In this document: positions 25,521-36,515 of the stretch, piece after piece
Position numbering within the stretch: the first letter of the stretch is position 1
Layout: each line of letters begins with the position of its first letter
The notes under the pieces: generated by a model
Told to the model about the DNA's origin: nothing
What the model saw: the letters and a program-made list of their open reading frames with translations, nothing else
The model's database searches: none
Position numbers and translations under genes: made by a program
NCBI GenBank assembly: GCA_050273025.1
Contig: CP158635.1
Coordinates: 24,304,001 to 24,368,000 of the forward strand
Origin: Cenococcum geophilum
Lineage: Eukaryota
Length of the DNA stretch: 64,000 bases
Direction of reading: 5' to 3'

Positions 25521-27725
25521 ATAGGTAGGCTAGTATTTCCGCATTATTAGCTTATTTAGCGTAACTACGTTAGCCAGTAAGCTTTTTATCTACGTAGCGT
25601 ACCTCTAGTACTCCTTATAGCTAAAAAGGGAGTCCTTTTATAGGGGGTAGAGCGGGAACTGCTTGCGTAGGATTACTAAGTCCTATAATAGGATTACCCT
25701 AAGTGTGTAGAGGAGGTATAGAAATCCTAAGCCTATAAGGTTAAGCTATTAACCTTATTATCGGCCCTACCTAAGTAGTAGGCCTCTATATATTTTAGCC
25801 AGATATTAATTTTAGGCCATATCTTTAAATAAAGGGCCTCCTTTAGTACCTCCCGTATGTAAGGAAGAAAGTAGCCCTTTTCTTTTTTTAGGAAGCTGGT
25901 AATTAACTATATAAACGCATAGAGTAGGTAGCTAAGGTAGGCTCCTGTTATCGCGTTTATATTCTAGCGTCCAGCCTATTTAATTTAGGTCTCCTTAATA
26001 CCGCTAAGCTTAATATACCGGACGCTTTACTTATAGGCGCTATAGGTTTTCTCCTTTAAGTAAATTCCTACTCCCTAAAATATCTTTTAATTCTCTTTAA
26101 ACTGCGTATAATAGCTTAGTAGCTATTACGGTACTTTAATACTGCTAGGGAAGATATATAGGTTATAATAGTCCTTTAGCTATTAAAAGGATGGGAAGCT
26201 TTTAGCGCCGTCTTTACCCCAGCGGTTAAAGAAGTAGAAGGCTATTATAGAAAGGGGGTAGAGAATAGGGTTAGCGTTCTATATATAGCTTATATACTTA
26301 ACCTTACTATACTAATTCTGCTTCCCTTATATTATTAATATAATTTATATACGGCACTAACTTATCTAGTTTAGGCCTTTATTCTCTAGTTTAATAAGAA
26401 TAAGATTAATAAGCTAAACGTCTTATCTACTTTTACTATAGGTAATAGTAGTATAGCCTAAGAAACGGGTTAGAAAACGGCAGCTATATAGACTAGATAA
26501 GGTATATACAAACCTAATAAATACTCGGCTATAGTTTAAAGGTAAGACTTAACTAAACCTAGTATCTTAGAGCCCGTCTCCTAGCACTAAGTAATTGCCT
26601 TTTTAAGCCCTTTAATGTTATAGCCGCTAGTAATTATAAATAGGCCTTAATTAATAAAATTAACGCGTTAAATCCAGTCCTTATTATAGTAGATACTATC
26701 TAGTACTACTAAGAGCTTTACCCCCTATAGCAGCTGCGAGGTTTTATCTTTTAACTACTACGTATAAAGCTTAGTAATAGCGGAGATATAGCTATTTATA
26801 ACTAAGTATTAGACTATTTTATTAAATAGGGCATCTAAGACCTCCTTATCCCATATCTCCCCTTTCTCCTTTATAGCTTCCTCCCCTATACCTACAGCTA
26901 CCTCTATAGCTGCCCCTACGGCTGCCTTCCCCCCTAGCTACCTTACCCGCTTAACTGTCTTCTACCTCTTCTTTACCTACTTACTATCTTTCTATATCTC
27001 TTTCCGTTTTAACTTCCGTTTTTAATAGCTAGCAGCCTATAATTCTTAGTTAATAATTTACTGCTCTAAAAATAGGTAAAGCTTATCTTCTGTTACCTAG
27101 GCGCCGTCTATATTACCTTCTAATCTTACGCACTAGTCTTCCCACTTTTTCTACTTTAGCTCGTACACCCTTATAGTATTCTTTAAGCGCTAGGCCTTAT
27201 AAATATCGTATAGCCGTACTGTTTAGGCCTTAAATTCGCTCTGGAGGCTATAGGGGGAGGAGGCTAGGGGGGCTTCCGTCGACCGTAAAGTAGACCGTAG
27301 GGTAAGGAGATTCTTAAAAGACTCCATATCCGCAAAAGGTAAGGGGGAGACGCGTAAGCGCGGTGTAGGTAAATAAAGCCACCGAACGCGTAAATATTAA
27401 AGGAGAAGAAGGAGAAGAGGGCTCTATATTATATAATTATAATTACAGTAGGCCTTTCTATATAAAATCAGAAGCCCTGCGCGAGCTAGCGCGGGCACAA
27501 GGACAGGAGAGGGTTGGAAAATGGATCGTTGAGGCGACGATGAGGTCGAAGGCGCGCTGAGGCCATCTATACTAACCTAGTACTAACCTAGGCCTCAAAA
27601 ACGCGTCCGAAAAGTAGGGGCCACCACCAAAGGGGGGGGTGATATTTGGACGATATGTCGCGGACCTTGGGGGGTCGTGCGTAACCCGAGGTTATGCCAA
27701 GCCTAACCCGGACCTCCGATACCCA
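25521..27725 (-). mobile_element. Crypton-like tyrosine-recombinase element (Ndc10-like domain), copy 1, 5' part; RIP'd
   Basis: ATG 27327; de-RIP RPKNT.R.YEPKQKEWEDWC, VTEDKL.LFL, SYVSAITELY, GKQNQHGKVEY.GC.RN..P.LCPLS..AFYFF.RW, AGRWN.DAMTGAYLSYL; intron ~26459-26513; inverted repeat of 32635-35099. Confidence 0.85.
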
Positions 27726-27783
27726 GCAATCCAATTGAACATCGATACTTAACCATCATCACCAGAATCGCTCCTTAATAGAC

Positions 27784-28713
27784 ATGGCCTACCCGGGAGT
27801 CATGCACCGCTATACTCCGCACCTGGCTGCATTTGAACATGCCACAATCTCAACACCTGATTCTCCTAATACTTTGCTCTGGATAGGGGGCCTGGGCGAT
27901 GGACTTCTCACTGTCACCTACCCTGCAGCACTTGCGCAGCTCCTCCCTTCGAACTGGAGCCTCGCAGAAATACTATTATCATCTTCCTACAAAGGCTGGG
28001 GTACAGGCTCTCTGAAAAGAGACGCCAAGGAGATTGCAAGCTGCGTCCACTACTTTCAGAGGCTTCGGCCAAACACCAAAATTTTACTGATGGGGCACTC
28101 TACTGGATGTCAGGATATAATAGAATACCTGGTTGGAGAAGGATGTGCCGAGAGACCCAGGGTCCAAGGAGCTATTCTGCAAGCTGGCATCAGCGACCGA
28201 GAGGCTCTTGTCAGCGTCCTTCCACCAGATGTTTACGATAGGAGTGTCAAGCTGGCTCAAGATTGGGTAGCGGATGGCCGCGGCGATCATATTTTGCCAA
28301 AATCTTGTACGAATGACGTCCTCCGAAGTCCTGTTACTGCCGTGCGCTGGTTGAGTCTAGCCAGCCCGGACAAGAATGGAGAAGATGACTATTTCAGCAG
28401 TGATCTAGACCCGAAGAAGCTGAGAACTACTTTTGGGTCTATGAAGAAAGAAACTCCCCTAATGTTTCTTTTTGGTGGAGCTGATTCACATATTCCAGAC
28501 TTTGTGGACAAGGAAGCCTTGCTTTCCAAATGGACAGGTGTTGTAAGAGAAGGCGGAGGCATAGTTGATGATACTAACGGAGGCGTCATTCCCCGCGCAA
28601 CACATAACTTGAACGGAAATCCAGACGATGTAGTCGGAGACTTGATACGTAGGGTCAATGGCTTCGTACGACGACTCGAGGAAGGAACCCTCACGCCCGG
28701 CGCACATCTCTGA
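27784..28713 (+). CDS. DUF1749/UPF0613 alpha/beta-hydrolase (esterase; same family as fusarinine C esterase SidJ)
   Basis: Intact 309-aa ORF with LLWIGGLGDGLLTV, SSYKGWG.GSL.RD..EI, GHSTGCQD nucleophile elbow, AILQA..SDRE, DDYFSSDL and late D/H residues; normal GC, no RIP stops. Confidence 0.93.
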   Translation: MAYPGVMHRYTPHLAAFEHATISTPDSPNTLLWIGGLGDGLLTVTYPAALAQLLPSNWSLAEILLSSSYKGWGTGSLKRDAKEIASCVHYFQRLRPNTKILLMGHSTGCQDIIEYLVGEGCAERPRVQGAILQAGISDREALVSVLPPDVYDRSVKLAQDWVADGRGDHILPKSCTNDVLRSPVTAVRWLSLASPDKNGEDDYFSSDLDPKKLRTTFGSMKKETPLMFLFGGADSHIPDFVDKEALLSKWTGVVREGGGIVDDTNGGVIPRATHNLNGNPDDVVGDLIRRVNGFVRRLEEGTLTPGAHL

Positions 28714-30991
28714 TATAACAAACCTTATTGGGTATTTTAAAGAGCACGGAACAGAGACAAGATACCAGGATGTGCCTGTGGTATTAAACCCCCAATTGCT
28801 TCGGATCGGTCATGCTGTTTAAAGTCTGTCACAGGCGCTCAAGTTGAATTAAGGACCCGAAAGAACGCGCTACACCCCAAATTAATGAAGAACCTTTGAC
28901 CAAAGTTGAAGTCCTCGGTCCCGCTATTGCTCAACGTTTCTGTGTCTTATGAGAAACTCCACAGGGAGCAATGCTACTGCCGTGGGCTTATATATGTTGC
29001 ATACGCCGGTCTGCTAACTGGCTCACACCTTTCAACTGCCCCGGGGGACTTACACCAGCAGAGATTGCAGTATTGCCGTTGTGGTCCGTTCCAAAAGCCG
29101 AAGGGTTCGTACCAAAAATAATGAGTCAAAAACACGCACAGCACACTTCCTATAACTGCCCTTAGTTGCCGCTGTCCGAAGGAGAAGGATATGATGTCCT
29201 TGGAATACCCCCATAAACCACGGCTAGAATTCAAGAAAAATAACTAAGATGAACGCGTCATGTACTAAATCATGAAAGTCACCAGGTTTTGGAATTCTCA
29301 ATGCTCAGGGTGCAGCTCGATACTATTCTTCAGGATGTACTTTGCCTACCTTAATGATAGTTCTTGGAGTGTCTCGCAGAGCTGTATGGTACGAGCTGTT
29401 TTTGTAATGACATTTCAGGATGCCTGACCTTGCCAAAACGCAGTTCCTGTCCATTTCCTACTCGACCCCATCTTTCTAGCTCCCATGTCTCTCACATGGG
29501 TGTTATGGCACAGTTATCTCTTCCTTGAAACACATTTTACCATGCTTTAGATGAGCGTGGGTGTACTGTGTTCATTTTCCTTGAGCATGCTCTAGAACAA
29601 GAGAATCTCGTCTCTCTAACTATTAGTATCATTTCGTCATGTACCGTTAAGGCAATGGAACACCATGAGCCTAATGTCGGACGGACAAGTCACTCATAAG
29701 AACTCTGTCGATTGAAGCTGGCTCTAGAAGCTCTCTATATACATGAGGTCGGGGCAAAGGACTGACGACGACGCTGACGACGATTCTGGAGCTATTACTC
29801 AATCGCCACCAGGTTGATATTGCCACTCAGTCGGTAATAGGTAATAGAAACAGGGTGTGAGTCACAAGACGGTACCTGACAGTGACCTCAACGTTCGACA
29901 CCTAATCTGCCACCCAATGGTCTTCTGGCAACTAAAAGAGCCCGGCCGGAATGATGATAACTATGAATCTGACTAAATCTTGGTGAGTCCAGTTTCTGAC
30001 ATTTCTGTCGGAGTTTCTGGGTGGGCATAATCATTGAAAGGTCCGACGCTGGGTTGTCGTATTCTGTGAAGTGTATCTGTCCTAGAAGTTTGTAAGATGA
30101 AACCGGGATCCGTGTGAATAACAGCGCGTTCAAGGATCTCGGAATGAGGAGACTAAGTAAATGTTGCAGAATGCGTTCTTGTAAACTTCTTTTTAGCGGG
30201 ACTGGTCCAACGGTATTCCGGGAGCTGTCGTGTGAAATTCTAGGGACTTGAACTACTCGCAGTCACAGTTCTCATCAGCTTGGATAAGACTTACGGCTGG
30301 CGCTCCTACGATTTTCATCTTGGGTATCTCCTACTGATATCCAATATGCTACAGCGGAATTAACAGTTAACGGATTTCGAGTGCTTACAACCTTGGTGTC
30401 CAAAGCATAGAGGGCAGGTTACAAATATTCGTGCGAGCCATAGGGATTATTGACAGATACGAGATTTCGATTCAGCATTTTCAGACTCCATCGTTGGCCA
30501 CCGTCCCATTATGATAAAAAATCAACGCCGCAAGCGCAACAACCTCACAACAACACCACCAACCCCAGACCAATTTCCGCATCATCCAATTATTCGTGTT
30601 CTGCAGAATCTCGCTGAGCTTTCAAACTACCATTGAACGATATTTGTATCGCACTGCTTATCCCGCCGCATCAAATCACAAGAGCCGTCAAAATCGCGAT
30701 GTCACGATACAGTAGCCAACCCATCTGAAAAAGAGGGAAACAATCGCTACATATTTTTTGCGCTTTCATGCGAGCCAAGCGACCAGTTCATGATAAATGA
30801 ATCCTCATTAGTCAACTTCGAATAGGTTAGCCGTCGGTTGAGCCCACGCCAGGGAAATGCGTTTGTGAGGTCTGTCAGGCATCCCATATCTAGCTAGCTT
30901 GTGGCTGCGTGACTTTCCAGTTTTTCATCATCTCCAACAGGGCCAGGCGAAATCCTAATCGATAACGATTGATACGATACGCGAGATCATA

Positions 30992-32561
30992 CGGAGGTGC
31001 GTTTCAAAAGTCTTTGCCGCCAAGAAAATTGACCGCTTACCGCCAAGGCAGAAAACCAAGATTCTGCCACGTTACCAAGTGTCCTACTAAGTGTTCCCCT
31101 ACCAGCCCAATTCCGCAGCTCTCAAGTCTCTTTTAATATTCCAAATGGCTACTGAAAGATCTACTGCTAAACGTTCTATAGGGGGCTACGATTCAGCTAT
31201 AAGAGCTTAAATTATGGCTCTTAGAGCTTATGGAATCCCAGCTGCCGAAATTATAAAGACAATATAAATTTCCGAACGAACTATACGAGACATATATCGC
31301 CATGCAATCAATTAAGGCTTTAATCTAACGTCTTCTCCTCTCGTCCTTAATACCCACGTAGATGATGCTCCTCGCCCTAGCCGTCCATCTAAATAAACTA
31401 AAGATACTAAGAACTTAATACTGGAGAAGGTCCGTTGTGATAGATATAGCAGAGAAAAGACATGCGCTTATATTGCTGCAGAGGTTAGAGGAGTTAGTGC
31501 TCTAACCGTATGGCGAATACTTAGAGCCTCTGGATTAAGGAAGACTAAGCCTACACGAAAGCCTAAATTAACGGAGAAAATAAAGCTTAAGAGGCATAAG
31601 TTCTGCATAGATTACGCTTATTAGAAGTTGGAAGATTAGAAGAATGTTATCTAGTTAGATAAAACATCTATTATCTTAAATTATCGCCGCGGTGGATATT
31701 AAATTTAGTATGCTACAAATAAGCGTTTTATTAAGAGCTGTATACGCCCCTACTAGAAAGGCTACTTAGAGTTTATATTCTGGGGCTGTTTTTTATATAA
31801 CAAGAAAGGACCTTACTATATCTGGTAGCTAAAGACAACTATAGAGCGGAAGAAAGCTTAGGCTGTAATTAATAAGCTAAATAAGGAGCTTGAGCCTCGT
31901 ATATAGGAGGAGTGGGAGCTTAATATAGGCATTAGACGGATAGGGCTGCGCAATCTTCCTAAACTAAAGCTAGGATAGAAGTTCACTAAAGTAACTAGCA
32001 AGCTCGTACAGAATTAGGGCCATAGAGGTATTGATTAGTGGCGATATTAAACATTAATTCTTATACCAAAGCTACTACCTTTTGCTTAAGAGTGCCTTAA
32101 GGAGAGGCCTAGTACTATTGTTTAGGAGAATAAGGCTCCAGCTTACGCCTACTAATATTAATTAACTATATATAACGTATAAAATATCCAACACCTTCTT
32201 TAGTGTAGTAACTCTCCTAATTTAAATATAATTAAGCCTTGCTGGCCGCATATAAAGAGGGTTACTACGCGTAAGGAAGCGCCGTAGAAGAGGGAGGTTG
32301 TAAGGAAGGTATAGCAGGCGGCATAGAGAGATCTTAAGCAGTGGAGGATTTAGGCTTAGATTAAGCGGATTATTAGGCATATTAAGAAGGTTATTAAGCT
32401 TAAAGGAGGTAACGAGTATAGGGAGGGTGCTACAGAGGTACCAAGACGCTTAAAAGCACCTAAAGCGGCAGAGGACGAATGGGAGGATATCTAGATTTAG
32501 AAGGCGGTGAGCCAAAGCGGTCAATTTTCCCGGCGGCAAAGACTTTTGAAACGCACCTCCG
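30992..32561 (+). mobile_element. Tc1/mariner DNA transposon (DD34E), full length, RIP'd
   Basis: ~45-bp TIRs cggaggtgcgtttcaaaagtctttgccgcc..gaaaattgaccgc; TA duplication 30990-91 and 32562-63. Confidence 0.95.
31145..32494 (+). pseudogene. Tc1-type transposase
   Basis: De-RIP DAPRPGRP, WSDETS, VQED.APAH, NSPDLN.IE.CW; 34 codons counted between the second D and the E. Confidence 0.9.
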
Positions 32562-32563
32562 TA

Positions 32564-32634
32564 TAGAGGTGCCATTTAAGAGTCTTTACCGCCAAGAAAT
32601 TCACCGCCTTAGCTTACCGCCCGCCTTCCGAATA
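32564..32634 (-). mobile_element. Terminal 71 bp of an older related Tc1 element, cut by Crypton copy 2
   Basis: tagaggtgccatttaagagtctttaccgccaagaaattcaccgc resembles the TIR, followed by sequence like the reverse complement of 32495-32520. Confidence 0.7.
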
Positions 32635-33902
32635 TAGGTATCGGAGGTCCGGGTTAAGCTTGGCATAACCTCGGGTTACGCACGACCCCCTAAGGTCCGC
32701 GACATATCGTCCAAATATCACCCCCCTTTTGGTAGTGGCCCCTACTTTTTAGACGCGTTTTTGAGGCCTAGGTTAGTACTGGGTTAGTATAGAGGACCTC
32801 GCCGCGCGCCTTCAACCTCATCGTCGCCTCGACAATCTATTTTTTAACCCTCTTCCTGTTCTTATGCCCGCGCTAGCTCCTAGCTTACGCGGGGCTTCTA
32901 GTTTTATATAGAACGGCCTACTATAATTCTAATTCTATAATATAGAGCTCTCTTCTTCTTCTTCTCCTCCTCTATTAATATTTACGCGTTTAGTGGCTTT
33001 ATTTACCTATACCCGCGCTACGCTTACGCGTCTTCCCCCTAACCTCTTATGGAGATAGAGTCTTTTAAGAATCTTCTTACCCTACAGTCTACTTTATAGT
33101 CGAAGAAAGCCCCCCTAACCTCCTCCTTCTTTCCCTCCTCCTATAGCCTCTAGAACAAATTTAAGGCCTAAACGGCATGGCTATATAATATTTATAAGGC
33201 CTAGCGCTTAAAGAATACTATAAGGGCGTATAAGCCAAAGTAGAAAGAGTAAAAAGACTAGTGCGTAAGACTAAAAGGTAATATAAATAGCGCCTAGGTA
33301 ATAGAAGATAAGCTTTACCCATTCCTAAAGCAGTAAGTTATTAACTAAGAATTATAGGCTGCTAGCTATTAAAAACAGAAGTTAAAATAAAAAGAGATAT
33401 AAAAAGATAGTAAGCGGGTAAAGAAGAGGCAGAAGACAGTTAAGTAGGTAAGGCAGCTAAAGGAAAAGTTAGCCGTAGGGGTAGCCGTAGGGGCAGCTAT
33501 AGGGGCAGCTGTAGGTATAGGGGAGGAAGCTATAAAGGAGGAAGGGGAGATATAGGATAAGAAGGCCTTAGACGCCCTATTTAATAAAATAGTTTAATAC
33601 TTAGTTATAAATAGCTACGTCTCCGCTATTACTAAGCTTTATATATAGTAGTTAAAAGGTAAAACCTTGCAGCCGCTATAGAGGGTAAAGCTCTTAGTAG
33701 TACTAAATAGCGTTTACCGTAATAAAGACCAGATTTAACGCGTTAACTTTATTAATTAAGGCCTATTTATAATTACTAGCGGCTATAATATTAAAGGGCT
33801 TAAAAAGGCGATTACTTAGTACTAGGAGACGGGCTCTAAGATACTAAGTTTAGTTAAGTCTTACCTTTAAACTATAGCTGAGTATTTATTAGGTTTATAT
33901 AT

Positions 33903-34137
33903 TATAAGAGTACTTTTAGTCCCTTACTTAGCTATATCCTAAAAGCTTTTAGGGGCTACTAAGGCTAGCCTTCGGCTAGGCCTTAGCCACCCCTTATAAG
34001 CTTCTTAGGCTTATAGCCTCCTTCCTCCCCTATTAGTTTGTCTCTCTCTATATAAGGCTATTACCTACCCTTATTACTATATCGTCCTCTCTTATTAACT
34101 CTCCTTATAACTTATACTTGGCTTACCTACTCCTTAC
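33903..34137. mobile_element. ~235-bp solo-LTR-like insert within the Crypton intron
   Basis: Absent from copy 1 (~26505); tataag...cttac ends; flanks tatat/catat. Confidence 0.55.
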
Positions 34138-35630
34138 CATATACCCTACCCAGTCTATATAGCTACTATTTTTTAACCCATTCCTTAGGCTATACTACTA
34201 TTACCTATAGTAAAAGTAGATAAAATATTTAGCTTACTAACCTTATTCTTATTAAACTAAAGAATAAAGGGCCTAAACTAGATAAGTTAGCGCCGTATAT
34301 AATTATATTAATAATATAAGGGAAGCAGAATTAGTACGGTAAGGTTAAGTATATAGGCTATATACGGAACACTAACCCTATCTTCTACCCCCTCTTTATA
34401 GTAGCCTTCTACTTATTTAACCGCTAAGGTAAAGATAGCGCTAAAAGCTTTCTATCCTTTTAGTAGCTAGAGGACTACTATAACCTATATATCTTCCCTA
34501 GTAGTATTAAAGTACTATAATAGCCGCTAAGCTATTATACGCAGTTTAAATAAATAAATAAAAATTCTAGAGGGTAGGAATTTACTTAAAGGAGAAAACC
34601 TATAGCGCTTATAAGTAGAGCGTTTGGTATACTAAGCTTAGCGGCGTTAAGGAGACCTAAATTAAATGGCTAGATATTAGAATACGGACGTAATAATAGG
34701 AGCCTACCTTAGCTACCTACCCTATGTGTTTATATAGTCAATTACTAGCTTTCTAAAGGAAGGAAAGGGCTACTTTTTTCCCCATATATAGGAGGTGCTA
34801 GAGGAGGCCCTTTATTTAAAGATATGGCCTAATATTAATATTTAGCTAAAATGTATAGAGGCCTACTGCCTAAGTAGGGCCGATAATAAGGTTATACGGC
34901 TTAACCTTATAGGCTTAGGATTTCTACGCCTCCTTTACGCGCTTAGGGTAATCCTATTATAGGACTTAGTAATTCTACGCAAGTAGTTCCCGCTCTACCC
35001 CCTATAAAAGGACCCCCTCTTTAGCTATAAGGAGTACCGGAGGTTTACTATATAGGTAAAAAGCTCGCTAGCTAACGTAGTTACGCTAAATAAGCTAATT
35101 ATAACGGAACCTTATAGCAGGTACTACGGTAGGCTTATTATTAGGCTAGGTATATAGGTGATGCAAATTAAAGTTAACAACGTAATAATAACTAGTAGAG
35201 TAGTTGCCTAATAGATTAACTCTAATTATATTCTAAGAATTACTATAAGAAAGGAACTATTTAGGTAGGGATTAAGGGTCCTTAAATACACAACCGTACT
35301 CCTATAAAATCCTTCTTATATATAATATACGTCTTATATATAAGGTACATAAGTTCCTCTTATTCCTCTTATTTAATACGTAGCATATTATATAACCTTA
35401 GTTACTATTCCTCGTTATATAGCTCTATCGGCTCTATCTTAGACCATGCTTATATTAACTAACTAGCTTCTTTTAACTCTTCTCTAAGTAGTTATAATAT
35501 TATACTTAAAGCATCCGTAACACTATCTCCCTCCTCTTTATCTTTATCCTTAAAGATTTAAAATATCTCTAAGTCGTTTACTAGAGGTATAATATCCGTC
35601 TAATTAATTTAGTTAATATTGTTACTTATT

Positions 35631-36285
35631 ATACCTAAAGTAATTTCTTCCTTATACGCCTAACGTTGTGCTTACACCGTTACTGTAATATTATCGCTTA
35701 GTAAAATTATACTATCTCCGTATTCTTATTATGCGAAAGAAAGGTTAGTTTATATTACGCTGGCGAGTCTATCTTTGCGATAACCGTCCTCTTACTTAGA
35801 GTACACTAAAGTAAATATTTGTTTATTTTATAACGTTTACTTTACTTCTAATGCTAAATATACGCGTCCTATTACTCTTAATAGTTATCTAGTTCCTATA
35901 TTAATTTGCCTTGGGGTTTTATATTTAATCTACTGCTATATAGCTAGATAGTAAACTATCTTAAGCCCTTACTAAATTAAAACGTTCTTGTAATACGGAA
36001 CAAAAGGCCCTAAATGCTTATATTGCGGCATCTGCTTATTTACTCCGTCTTAAGAAGGTTTATAAAAAGGTCCGTTTTAAAAAGTAGAAGCTAGTAGAAT
36101 AGGGTCTATAGGAACTTAGTAATAAAAGAATGGATTTTCTTTTAGCCGAGAAGGAAATAGATTTAAGTAGTTTGGCAACTACTCTTTTTAAGTCCCCCTT
36201 AGGTAACTTATTCTTTAGCGATCCTTTTTTATTAATACTGCCTAACCTAATCTCTTCTAATACTCCTGTACCTTTTCTATAGCAT
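35631..36285 (+). pseudogene. Antisense Zn2Cys6-like/coiled-coil gene of Gypsy A' (second copy)
   Basis: Homologous to 1160-1837; all six Cys positions read as Tyr codons (TAT/TAC) here. Confidence 0.62.
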
Positions 36286-36515
36286 TCTTTAAATTCTTTA
36301 GTAGCTCTTAGGTAGTCTCATTGTAGCCTATCCACTTAACTTTATACTATATTTCGTTATTAATATCCTTATAGCTAATAATCTTTAAAACTTGCTATTT
36401 ATTTTCTTCCTATCCTCTATACGTGTCTACTTTATAAACTAGTGGCTTAACATTCCTATATACTGGCTCTAGCATTGCGATATACTATATAGGGTAAATC
36501 TTTATTTTAGCTAAT

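Noticed and set aside
27784..28713. Assigning the gene symbol sidJ
   Set aside because: Family-level similarity only; no siderophore cluster context, and orthology cannot be shown here.
28084..28721. Minus-strand ORFs overlapping the hydrolase
   Set aside because: Shadow ORFs of a real coding region; no motifs.
25521..35099. Starship captain or host centromere gene NDC10
   Set aside because: Motifs fit Crypton/Ndc10-like + GCR1_C rather than DUF3435 captains; two RIP'd copies with a shared sharp terminus indicate a repeat, not a single-copy host gene.
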